A stretch of 64,000 bases of DNA from Phycisphaerae bacterium (GTDB taxonomy: Bacteria > Planctomycetota > Phycisphaerae > Phycisphaerales > UBA1924). Positions 30,512-41,300 of the stretch are shown one piece after another; position 1 is the first letter of the stretch; every line of letters begins with the position of its first letter. Under the pieces are notes generated by a model, which was not told the origin of the DNA, made no database searches, and saw only the letters and a list, made by a program, of their open reading frames with translations. A program made the translations under genes and the position numbers. Where the stretch lies: NCBI GenBank assembly GCA_016793195.1, contig JAEUJA010000142.1, forward strand, positions 780-64,779. The letters are read 5' to 3'.

Positions 30512-32731
30512 TCAATTCCACACAGGCAGGACGTTGACGAGCACGTCGATAACCTTGATGCCGGCGAACGGCACGAGGAGGCCGCCGACGCCGTAGACCA
30601 ATAGGTTGTGTCCGAGCAGGCGGCTGGCCTCGACGGGCCGGTACTTCACGCCGCGGAGAGCCAGCGGAATGAGTACCACGATGATGAGGGCGTTGAAGGC
30701 GACGCTCGACAGGATCGCCGTCGCGGGGTTGAGCCGCATGATGTTGAGCGCGCCCAGCGCGGGGTAGGTGCTCATGAACGCCGCGGGAATGATGGCGAAG
30801 TACTTCGCGACGTCGTTGGCGATGCTGAAGGTTGTGAGCGAGCCTCGCGTCACGAGGAGCTGCTTGCCGATGCGGACGATCTCGATGAGCTTGGTGGGGT
30901 TGGAATCCAAGTCCACCATGTTGCCCGCTTCCTTCGCGGCCTGCGTGCCGCTGTTCATCGCGACCGCGACGTCGGCCTGGGCCAGCGCGGGGGCGTCGTT
31001 GGTGCCGTCGCCGGTCATCGCGACGAGTCGCCCGCCTTGTTGATACTCGCGGATGAGTTTCAGTTTGGCCTCGGGTGTGGCCTGGGCGAGGAAGTCGTCC
31101 ACGCCCGCCTCGGCGGCGATCGCGGCCGCCGTCACGGGGTTGTCCCCGGTGATCATCACGGTCTTGATGCCCATGCGCCGGAGCTCAGCGAAGCGCTCCG
31201 CGATGCCGCCCTTGACGATGTCCTTGAGTTCGATGACGCCCAGCGTCTTGCCCTTGCCGTCGGCGACGACCAGCGGCGTCGAACCTCGCTTGGAGACTTC
31301 GCTCACGATCTCGCGGGCGTGTACGCTCGGCGTGCCGCCCATGCGGGAGACGTACGCGTCGATCGCGTCGGCGGACCCTTTGCGGATCTGTCGCCCCTGG
31401 GGGTACTGCGTGGAGAGGGGCAGGTCGACGCCGCTCATGCGCGTGTTCGCGGTGAAGGGGACGAACGACGCGGGCTTCCCGGCTGGATTCTCGCTGCTCG
31501 CGTCGAGGCCAAGCGCGTGCATGTCGCGCTCGCGGATGTTGTACTTCTGTTTCGCGAGCACGACGATGGAGCGGCCCTCGGGTGTTTCGTCGGCGAGCGA
31601 CGAGAGCTGGGCTGCGTCGGCGAGCTGCTCCGCCGTCACGCCGTCGACGGCATAGAACGCGCTGGCCATGCGGTTGCCAAAGGTGATCGTGCCGGTCTTG
31701 TCCAAGAGCAGCACGTCCACGTCGCCCGCGGCTTCGACGGCTCGGCCGCTGGTGGCGATGACGTTGGCCTGCACCAGGCGGTCCATCCCCGCAATGCGAA
31801 TCGCCGAGAGCAGGCCGCCAATGGTCGTTGGAATCAAGCACACCAAGAGCGCGACGAGCACCGTCACCGTGATCGGCTGGGCGGTGGACGCCGCGTCCGT
31901 CGCCCTGCTCTGCATCACCGCATAGATCGAATACGGCAGAAGCGTCGCGCACGCCAGCAGGAACGTGATCGTGAGCGCGGCCAGCAGGATGTCCAGCGCG
32001 ATCTCGTTGGGAGTCTTCTGCCGCTTGGCTCCCTCGACCATCGCGATCATCCGGTCGAGGAACGATGAGCCGGGGTCCGCCGCGATGCGCACGATGAGCC
32101 AATCGCTCAGCACCTGCGTGCCGCCCACGACGCTGGAGCGGTCGCCGCCCGCCTCGCGGATGACGGGTGCAGACTCCCCGGTGACGGCGGATTCGTTGAC
32201 CGACGCCACGCCCTCGATCACCTCGCCATCGCTCGGAATCGTGTCGCCCGCCTGCACAAGCACAATGTCGCCCTTGCGCAGCGACGCGCCCGACACGCTC
32301 TCGGTCTTGATCGACGCGATGTCCGTGGACTTCTGCTTTTCACCAGTGCCCAGTGCCCAATGCCCGGTGCCTAACTTCTTCGCCGCCACATCCCTCTTGC
32401 TCTTGCGCAGGCTCGCCGCCTGGGCTTTGCCCCGCCCCTCGGCCATCGCCTCGGCGAAGTTGGCGAACAGCACCGTGAACCACAGCCACACGGCGATCAC
32501 GAGTACGAGGGTGGGCGAGTATCCGCCCGCTTCACCCTTGCCCGCAAACCCCGCGACCGCCAGCATCGTCGTGAGCGCGCTGACCACCCACACCACGAAC
32601 ATGACGGGGTTGCGGAGCTGCACGCGCGGGTCGAGCTTGGCCAGTGCCGAGCCGATGGCTGGCCGCACGAGGGCGGGGTTGAAGATCGATGAGGGTGATT
32701 GACTGGTCGAGCTAGACATGGCTGGTTCCAA
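30512..32731 (-). CDS. kdpB: potassium-transporting P-type ATPase subunit B
   Basis: 739 aa. Phosphorylation motif [12 protein letters not shown], hinge motif [17 protein letters not shown], and ITGESAPV. An alternative start is ATG 32719 (MSSSTSQ). Confidence 0.95.
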   Translation of the reverse strand: MEPAMSSSTSQSPSSIFNPALVRPAIGSALAKLDPRVQLRNPVMFVVWVVSALTTMLAVAGFAGKGEAGGYSPTLVLVIAVWLWFTVLFANFAEAMAEGRGKAQAASLRKSKRDVAAKKLGTGHWALGTGEKQKSTDIASIKTESVSGASLRKGDIVLVQAGDTIPSDGEVIEGVASVNESAVTGESAPVIREAGGDRSSVVGGTQVLSDWLIVRIAADPGSSFLDRMIAMVEGAKRQKTPNEIALDILLAALTITFLLACATLLPYSIYAVMQSRATDAASTAQPITVTVLVALLVCLIPTTIGGLLSAIRIAGMDRLVQANVIATSGRAVEAAGDVDVLLLDKTGTITFGNRMASAFYAVDGVTAEQLADAAQLSSLADETPEGRSIVVLAKQKYNIRERDMHALGLDASSENPAGKPASFVPFTANTRMSGVDLPLSTQYPQGRQIRKGSADAIDAYVSRMGGTPSVHAREIVSEVSKRGSTPLVVADGKGKTLGVIELKDIVKGGIAERFAELRRMGIKTVMITGDNPVTAAAIAAEAGVDDFLAQATPEAKLKLIREYQQGGRLVAMTGDGTNDAPALAQADVAVAMNSGTQAAKEAGNMVDLDSNPTKLIEIVRIGKQLLVTRGSLTTFSIANDVAKYFAIIPAAFMSTYPALGALNIMRLNPATAILSSVAFNALIIVVLIPLALRGVKYRPVEASRLLGHNLLVYGVGGLLVPFAGIKVIDVLVNVLPVWN

Positions 32732-32743
32732 TGGATCACGGGC

Positions 32744-34642
32744 CTACTTGCCGACAAGCTGGAGGTGTTCGACCACCGGCCCCAGCGCCAGCGCCGGGAC
32801 AAACGTCAGCGCACCGACAATGACAACAACCGCAGCGAGCATGAGCACAAACACCGGCGTGTGCGTGGGCAGCGTGCCGCTGGTCGTCGGGCTGACACGC
32901 TTGGCTGCAAGCGATCCCGCGACGGCCAGCACCGGCACGATGATCCAGAAGCGGCTGAACCACATCGCCAGCCCCAGCGCGATGTTGTAGAACGGCGTGT
33001 TGGCCGTCAGCCCTGCGAAGGCCGAACCGTTGTTGTTGCCCGCGCTGCTGAAGGCGTAGAGGACCTGGCTGAAGCCGTGCGGGCCAGGATTGCTGGTGGT
33101 GTTGCCCTCCGGGACGAGCACGGCCACGCCGGTGCCGACGAGCACGATCGTGCACGGCACCAGCACGCAGACCATCGCCATCTTCATCTCGAAGGGCTCG
33201 ACCTTCTTGCCAAGGTACTCCGGCGCGCGGCCGACCATGAGCCCCGCAACGAAGACGGCGACGATAACGAACATGAGCATCCCGTAGAGGCCCGAGCCCA
33301 CGCCCCCGAAGACCACCTCGCCGAGCTGCATGAGCCACATCGGGAAGAGTCCGCCCAGCGGCGTGTACGAGTCGTGCATGGAGTTGACGCTGCCGTTGCT
33401 CGCGGCGGTGGTCGCGGCGGCCCAGAGGGCGGAGTTGGCGATGCCGAAGCGGGCTTCTTTGCCTTCCATGTTGCCGCTGAGTTCACCGAGAGTCGCCGTG
33501 GTGTCGACGCCGAGGGCTGCGACAGCCGGGTTACCCCGAGCCTCGAAGGTGTACGTCGCGAACAGCAGCGGCACAAAGATCGCCAGCATCGCCGCGAGCA
33601 CCGACCAACCCTGGCGACGGTCGCGGACCATCTCGCCGAACGTCCAGCACAGCGCCGCGGGAACCAGCAGGATCGCGAGCACCTGGAGGAAGTTTGAAAG
33701 CGCCGTCGGGTTCTCCAGCGGGTGGGCAGAGTTGACGTTGAAGAAGCCGCCGCCGTTGGTGCCGAGTTGTTTGATCGCGATCTGCGACGCGGCGGGTCCG
33801 AGGGGGATGGTCTGTGTCGCAACCGCCGCGCCGTCGGAGGTCGTCAGCGGCACGGTGAGCGCGACCTCGTGCGGCCCGCGAAACGTCTGCACCACGCCCT
33901 GGCTCACGAGCGCAATCGACAGCACCACGCTCAGCGGCATCAGGATGTAAAGCGTACCGCGCGTGAGGTCCGCCCAGCAGTTGCCGATTGTGCCAGATGA
34001 CTGGCGCGCCAGCCCTCGGATCAGCGCCGCGAGCACCGCGATGCCCGTCGCGGCACTCAAAAAGTTCTGCACGCCCAGCCCGAGCATCTGCGTGAGGTAC
34101 GACATCGTGACCTCACCGCCGTATCCCTGCCAATTGGTGTTGGTGGCGAATGAGACGGCGGTGTTGAACGCGGACTTGGCCTCGATTTCTCCCAGCCCCG
34201 CCGGGTTGGCGGGCAGGATGTGCTGCAACCGCTGCAACGCATACACGGCGATGAAGCCGATCGCGTTGAATAACAGAAGACCGACCGCATATGACTTCCA
34301 GCCCATCTCGACAACGTGACCCGCGCGAGACGCCCCGATGCCAACTCTGCCGCCCCCAGACGTCGTGCCGCAAAGGACGTAGATGCCCCGCTCCAGCCAG
34401 CCAAGCGCACGGCCCAGTCCCAGCGGCGCCTCGCCCGGCTTGCCATCCAGCACCCGGGCCATGAACCAGCCCAGCGGCTTGACGAGCGAGATCAGCACCG
34501 CGAGGTACAGCACGATCTGCACCACATCGCTCGTCGTCATGCTCGCGAGTGCGAGCGTGGGAACGGGCGTCGGCGCGTGCACGCCCGCGGTGAGCGCGTC
34601 CGCGATGGAATCGCCGGGCAAGAAGTTTGGTGGCATGTTCAT
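32744..34642 (-). CDS. kdpA: potassium-transporting ATPase subunit A
   Basis: 632 aa from ATG 34642, which overlaps the kdpF stop (ATGA). Polytopic, with KdpA selectivity-filter-like segments (NTNWQGYGGE, GTNGGGFF). The in-frame upstream run to 34864 is not used. Confidence 0.9.
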   Translation of the reverse strand: MNMPPNFLPGDSIADALTAGVHAPTPVPTLALASMTTSDVVQIVLYLAVLISLVKPLGWFMARVLDGKPGEAPLGLGRALGWLERGIYVLCGTTSGGGRVGIGASRAGHVVEMGWKSYAVGLLLFNAIGFIAVYALQRLQHILPANPAGLGEIEAKSAFNTAVSFATNTNWQGYGGEVTMSYLTQMLGLGVQNFLSAATGIAVLAALIRGLARQSSGTIGNCWADLTRGTLYILMPLSVVLSIALVSQGVVQTFRGPHEVALTVPLTTSDGAAVATQTIPLGPAASQIAIKQLGTNGGGFFNVNSAHPLENPTALSNFLQVLAILLVPAALCWTFGEMVRDRRQGWSVLAAMLAIFVPLLFATYTFEARGNPAVAALGVDTTATLGELSGNMEGKEARFGIANSALWAAATTAASNGSVNSMHDSYTPLGGLFPMWLMQLGEVVFGGVGSGLYGMLMFVIVAVFVAGLMVGRAPEYLGKKVEPFEMKMAMVCVLVPCTIVLVGTGVAVLVPEGNTTSNPGPHGFSQVLYAFSSAGNNNGSAFAGLTANTPFYNIALGLAMWFSRFWIIVPVLAVAGSLAAKRVSPTTSGTLPTHTPVFVLMLAAVVVIVGALTFVPALALGPVVEHLQLVGK

Positions 34643-34731
34643 TGGAACCACTCCGGCCTGAGCAGCGCGGCGAGCAGGTACAAAAGCAGAGCCGCCGCGA
34701 CGATCGCCGCGAGCGCGTAGATAACAGTCAT
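34639..34731 (-). CDS. kdpF: potassium-transporting ATPase subunit F
   Basis: 30-aa single-helix peptide MTVIYALAAIVAAALLLYLLAALLRPEWFQ. Size, position directly upstream of kdpA and the ...LLRPE.F ending are typical of KdpF. Confidence 0.8.
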   Translation of the reverse strand: MTVIYALAAIVAAALLLYLLAALLRPEWFQ

Positions 34732-34892
34732 CGTGCAGACTCCGTGTGGCCGGCGGTCGGCGAGGCGTGGGAGCCGCCGGCGGGGAACGTTGTGGATGAC
34801 TCCGTGGGCTGCAGCCATTCGCACACGCGCACCAGGCCGAGCGTGGCGAGCAAACACCCGACAAAGAGGGCGACGGGAATGAGGTCGTTCAT
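34728..34892 (-). CDS. small predicted membrane protein (54 aa) translationally coupled to kdpF
   Basis: Hand-translated and absent from the ORF track: MNDLIPVALFVGCLLATLGLVRVCEWLQPTESSTTFPAGGSHASPTAGHTESAR*. A GGAG lies 8 nt upstream of ATG 34892. Its TGA overlaps the kdpF ATG (ATGA at 34731-34728). One hydrophobic helix. Confidence 0.45.
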   Translation of the reverse strand: MNDLIPVALFVGCLLATLGLVRVCEWLQPTESSTTFPAGGSHASPTAGHTESAR

Positions 34893-35376
34893 GACGTACT
34901 CCAAAGCATCGGACGATTGTCGTTCAAGGCCGCGGTGTCGCTCAACGCCGCATCAATGCACCGGCCAAAGGCATAAGAGCGGCATAAAGGTCGGGGTCCC
35001 GGGTCGCGCTGCGGCTCACGGCCCACCGCGATCTTGACGCCGACGATGGCCGCGTCCGCGGGCGGGCTGAGCCACTCCCTCCGGCCTGGACGGCATGAGA
35101 TCCATCCCTCGAGCGCCCAACCTCGTGGCGCCTGGCACGGGAAGCGGGGGCGTGTTCAAGCCAATGGACGGTGCCATTGCTTGCGCCTCAGGGGTCCTTG
35201 GCCGTGAGCGATCTGTGCGCGGGGAGGGCTTGTGTCAAAGAGGTCTTTGAGGCCACTCGACGCGCCCCGATGGCCCGCCGGAGCGCAACAGTGTCCTTCG
35301 GCGGCCGTGAGCCGCTTCGGGCGCTATCCGCGCGGGCGAACTGGCTCATGCACCGCAATCAGCGCATTCGTTGGAG

Positions 35377-38300
35377 CTACTGATTCGCGGCCGCTATGAA
35401 CTCCTGCTCGAAGGCGGGCTCCTGGCTCTCGATGCCGAACCTCTTGAACGAGGGCACGTCGGCCAGGCGTTCGATGACCCACTTGTAGTTGAGGTCGTTG
35501 CGGGCGCCGTCGACAAAGGTATCCTGCCACACGTTGAACGAGGCGAGGTAAACATGATCGGTGGTGTCGACCAGCACCACGGACATGCCGCTGTTGGCGG
35601 TGAACCAATCGGCCCTGGGGTCAAAGCTCGTGCGGCTGTTGCCCTGGCTCACGGTGTAGGCACGGAACGATGCGGGGGGCGTGGCGACCGCGCCGTTGAT
35701 GGGCATGATCGCGTCGCTGATGCTGCTGAGACTCCACCCGTTGCCGCGCAAACCCCAGGCCTTGCCCTGCTTGATGGAGCCGTCGGTATCGAAATACTGC
35801 CCAGCGCTTCCCTCCGGTGACCACCACAATGCCATGAGCTTCCCGTCCTGGATTCCCTGGACGTTGAATGCGTTCCATCCTGTTGTGATGCCCGAGAGCG
35901 ACCCGGGCGCAAATCGCATGTTGCCGGAGAGCCCGGCCGCGTCGGTCAGGTTGGTCAGCACCCACTCGTGCTGGCCCGCGAGCGTCTTGCTCAGGTGGAC
36001 GTCGCCGCCCTGCCAGAGCACCCACACATCGCCGTTGGCGACTTGGAACCAGTGGTTCCGAGCGCCCCAGTAAGCGTCGGAGGTTGCCACGTTGGAGACG
36101 GTTGACTTGAGGTTGTCGGCGATCCAGTCGCCGTCAACCAGGCCGTCGGCGGCCTTGGGCGCCGCGGTGTAAACCTCGATGAAGTGGTCAGCCGGGGACT
36201 GGGCCGTGGCCGAACCCTGACGGGGCGCCGAGGCCGCGCCGTTATTGTCCACGGCGATGGCGAGGAACTTGACGCTTCCGATGGGCACGACGCCCGACTG
36301 TGTCGACGTCAGCGTGTAGGTGTATCCGCCCGCCGGGTTACTATCGCTGCCCACCAGCTCGCCGGCGTCGGCGACGCCGTTGGCGTTTGCATCGCGGTAG
36401 AAGTCCACCCGGGCAATCGTGCCGTCGACGTCGGCGACGCCGCCGGCGGTGAGCACCAGGGTCTGGCCGACGACGAAGACCGCGCCCGGAGTCGTGAGGC
36501 TCGCGACGGTCGGGACGGCGTTGGTCATGGTGGCGGCGGCGGATTTGGGCGTGCTCACGCCGGCGTCGTTGTCGACCGCTCGTGCGAGAAACGTCTGACT
36601 CCCGAGCGGCAGGCTGCTGGTATTCAGCGAGAACGTGTATCCGCCGGCGGGGTTGGAATCGCTGCCGACAAGTTCGCCGGAGTCGGCGACGCCGTTGTTG
36701 TTGGCGTCGCGGTAGAAGTCAACACGCGAGATGGCGCCGTCGAGGTCGGCGGCGCCGCTGGCGGTGAGGGTGACGCTCTGGCCGCGCACGACGGAGTTGG
36801 CGGACACGCTCAGGGAGGCGAGCGTGGGAATCGCGCTGAACTCAAAGGCGCCGATGTCGATGGCGGTGCCGCGTACGCGGGGCAAGCCGCGCTGGTCGCC
36901 GCTGAGATTCGCGGGGTTGAGTCCCTTGTTGATCGCCGGGCTGCCGGTCCAGAGCGAGATGGTCTTGGTCGGACCGCCGTTGTCGCTCAGGGACGAAAGG
37001 AGCGGGTCGACGCCGACCATATTCGCGTTGACGTTGTTGGTGAGGCCGCCTGCGTGCGTCGCGTCCTGCACCAGGTTGTTGGTAGAGCTTGCTCCCACGG
37101 CCTTACCCAGGATGTCGCCACCGACATTGCCGGCGACGATGCAGCTGATGAGCACCGGCGCGCCGCTCTCAACAAAGATGCCGCCGCTCCCGAGATTGGC
37201 GGCGATGGTGCTGTTGCGGATCGTGGTCAGCCCGCCATAGGAATAGACTCCGCCTCCGCTGGTCGGTGCTGAATTGCCCGAGATGGTTGAGTTGGAGATG
37301 GTGAGCGTGCCGAAGGTGTTCCGGACTCCGCCACCCCATTCCCCTTCATTGCCCGAGATGGTTGAGTTGCTGATGGTGAGGGTGCCGCCGCTCGAGACGC
37401 CGCCACCCCCCAATGAAGAATTCTCCTCGATCACGGAGTCTGAAATTGTGGTGGTGCCGCTGGTGTTCACACCACCGCCGTACGTCGCCGCATTGCCGCT
37501 GATGGTGGAGCCAGTGATCGTCAGCGTGCCGGTGCTCAACACGCCGCCGCCCGAGTATCCCGTTGAGCCCGAGATAATGGAATTGGAGATCGAGAGCGTG
37601 CCCCCATGGTTGTAGAACCCGCCGCCGCCGATGCCTGCGGCATTGCCGTTCTTGATGGTCAGCGCGATGATCGAAACGTTGGCTCCCGACGCGATCTCGA
37701 AGACGCTCGAAGCGTTGTTGCCGCTGATGCTCAGGAGGCTTGCGCCCGGGCCTGTGATCGTCACGTCGCCCTTGACCAGCAGTTCGGTGCCGCCCAGCGT
37801 GATCGTCTGGCCGTTCAGCGCCGCCGCGAACGTGATCGTGTCGTTGCCGGGGTTGGGGCCCGCGGCCTCGATCGCTTCGCGGAGGGAGAGGTCGCCGGCG
37901 CCGAAGTTCCCATCGCTTTCATCAACCGCGGTGTTCACCACGAAAGCGAACGACTGCCGCTGATAAGCGCCTATGTCGACGCTGGCGCCGCGTGCGAACA
38001 GCCCGCCGCGCTGATCAGTTGTGAGGTTGGCGGGGTTGAGGCCTTTGGCGAGGGCGGGGCTGCCGCTGGCCAGGGCCATGGTCTTGGTAGCTCCGCCGTT
38101 GTCGGCCAAGGGCGAAAGCTTCGGGTCGACGCCGACGAGGTTTCCGTTGACGTTGTTGGTCAGGCCGCCGGCGTGGGAGGCGTCCTGGATCAGATTGTTG
38201 GTGGAGCCAGCTCCCAGCGAGCCGTTCCGGATGTCGCCGCCGGCGTTGCCCGCGACGATGCAACTCACCAGCACCGGCGCAGCCCCGTTGGTGATGTAGA

Positions 38301-41300
38301 GGCCGCCGGTCCCAAGATTGGCGGCGATGGTGGTGTTGCGGATGGCGATGGTGGATGCGCCGTAGGCCAACACGGCGTCGGATCCCGTATTGCCCGAGAT
38401 GGTGGAGTTGGTGACCGTGAGCGTGCCGAAGGCGTTGTGCACGCCGGCGCCGCCGGTGTACTTCGTGGTGTTTTCCGAGATGGTGGAGTTGGTGACCGTG
38501 AGCGTGCCGAAGGTGTTGAACACGCCGCCGCCGCCCAGCTCGGAATAATTATCGGAGATGGTGCAGTTGGCAATCGTGAGCGTGCCTTCGGAAAAGATAC
38601 CCGCGCCCGCGGACGAGGAGGTGTTGCCCGAGATGGTGGATGCTGTGATCGAAAGCACGCCGCTGTTGTACAAACCGGCGCCGTTCCTGTGCAACGAGTT
38701 ATTCCCCGAGACGACGGCGTTAGTGATTGTGAGCGTGCCACTATTGAAGATACCGGCGCCGCCGTAGACTCCGTCTTTGCCCGCGATGATGGTCAAACCG
38801 CTGATCGCGACGGTCGCGCCCTCCGCGATATTGACGACGCGCGAGGTGTTGTTCCCGCTGATGCTCAGGAGGCTTGCGCCCGGTCCGGTGATCGTCACGT
38901 CGCCCTTGATTAGCAGTTCGGTCCCACCCAGCGTGATGGTCTGGCCGTTCAGCGCCCTTGCGAAGGTAATCGTGTCGTTGCCGGGATTGGGGCCCGCGGC
39001 CTCGATGGCTTCGCGGAGGGAGAGGTCGCCGGCGCCGTAGTCGCCGTCGCTCTCATCAACCGCGGTGTCCACTACGAACGCGAAGGACTGGCGCTGATAT
39101 GCGCCGATGTCGATGCTCGTGCCGCGCACGAACGGCCCGCCGCGCTGGTCGGTCGTGAGGTTGGCGGGGTTGAGGCCTTTGGCGAGGGCCGGGCTGCCGC
39201 CCTGCAGTGCTATGGTCTTGGTCTTCCCGCCATTGTCGGCCAGCGCCCCAAGGAGTGGGTCAACGCCGACGAGGTTTCCGTCGACGTTGTTGGAAAGGCC
39301 GCCGGCGTGTGCGGCGTCCTGAACCAGGTTATTGATGGAGCCCAAGGCCAGCGTGCCGTTGTCGATGTCGCCGCCGGTGTTCCCGGAGATGAGGCAACTG
39401 ATCAACAAGGGGAAGGCTTGATCGACATGAATGCCGCCGGCCCCGAGGTTGGCGGCGATGGTGCTATTGCGAATGATCGCGCTCGCGTTGGACACAAACA
39501 CGCCGCCGCCCTGGTTACCAGCGGTGTTGCCGGAGATGGTCGAGTTGATGATGTCGAGCGACCCGGAGGCGATTCCGATCCCGCCACCCTGGGTGCTCGC
39601 CGAATTCCCGGAGATGGTGGAGTTGGAGACGCTCAGCGTGCCGGAGGGGTTGTACACGCCGCCGCCCGACGTGATCGCCGTATTCCCCGAGATCGAGGTG
39701 TTGGTGATGGTGAGCGACGCATCGTTGTAGATCCCACCGCCCTCGGCGGCCGCGGCATTTCCCGAGATCGTTGAGCCCGAAATGATGAGCGAGCTGCTGC
39801 TATTGGCCACGCCGGCGCCGCTCGTGGCGGTATTGTTCGAGATGACGCAGTTTGTAATCGCTCCTGTGGCGTTTCCGTAGTAGTTGTGGACCCCGGCGCC
39901 GGAACCACCCGCGGCCGAATTCGAATTGATGGTGGTGCTGGTGATGGTGAACGTGCCGCCGCTGTTGTTGACGCCGGCGCCGTAGAGCGCCGAATTGCCG
40001 CTGATGGCGGAGCCGGTGATGGTGAGCGTGCCGAAGTTGTTGACGCCGCCGCCGCTGTAGTAGCCTTGGGCGGTGTTGCCCGAGATGGTGGAGCTGGTGA
40101 TGGTGAGCGTGCCGTTGTTGTTGATGCCGCCGCCGTGATCGGCCTGCGCCCAGTTGCCCGAGATGGTGGAGTTGGTGATGGTCAGCATGCCGCTGTTGTT
40201 GATGCCGCCGCCGTGACTGTTCTGCGCCGAGTTGCCCGAGATGATGGAGTTCGTGATGGTGAGCGTGCCATCGTTCTGCACGCCGCCGGAGCCGTAGGTT
40301 GCGGTATTGCCGGACACCGCCACGCCGGCGAGGGTGAGCGTCGCGTTGGGGTTGACGTACACACCGCCGGCCAGGCTCGGTCCGTTGCCGTCCTTGATCG
40401 TCAGATCGCTGATCGTGACGCTCGCGCTCGACGCGATCTCGAAGACGCGCGTGGCGTTGTTTCCGCTGATGCTCAGCGCGTTGTAGGCCGGGCCCGCGAT
40501 GGTTAGTTCGCCGAAGACCAGCAGCTCGCTTCCCCCGAGCGTGATCGTCGTCCAGATCATCGCCGAAGCGAATGTGATCCCGTCCGCGAGCGGGTTGGCG
40601 TTGCAGAAGTCGATCGCCTCGCGGAGCGAGAGATTCCCCGCGGAGGAATTGCCGTCAACCACGTCCGAGGTCGTGTCAACGACCAGCGCCAGCGCCTGGC
40701 GCTGGTAGGCGCCGATGTCGACGCTCGAGCCACGCGCAAAGAGACCGCCGCGCTGGTCGGTCGTGAGGTTGTTCGGGTTCAGGCCCTTGCCCAGCGCGGG
40801 GCTGCCGGCCTGCGAGGCCATGGTCTTGGTCGGCCCGCCGTTATTGGCCAAAGGCGAGAGGAGCGGGTCGGCACCCACGAGGTTCTCGTTGACGTTGTTG
40901 GTCAGTCCGCCGGCGTGCGCCGCGTCCTGGATGAGGTTGTTGGTGGAGCCCGCTCCGACGGGACCCCCCAGGATGTCGCCGCCGGTGTTCCCGGCGACGA
41001 TGCAACTGACCATCACGGGGGAGCCATCGGTGATGTGGATGCCGCCGTTCCCAAGATTTCCGGCGATGGTGCTGTTGCGGATGGTCACCGGCTGGAGGGT
41101 GTTGGTGAACAGTCCGCCGCCCTGGCCGCCTGGTTGGGACGTGTTGCCGGAGATGGTGGAGTTGGTGATGGCGAGCGAGCGGCTGGAGAAGATGCCACCG
41201 CCGTACCACGCCGAATTGCCGGAGATGGTGGAGCCGGAGATGGTGAGCGAGCCGCCCGACGCGTTGATACCGCCGCCGTTCTCGATCGAAGAGTTGCCGG

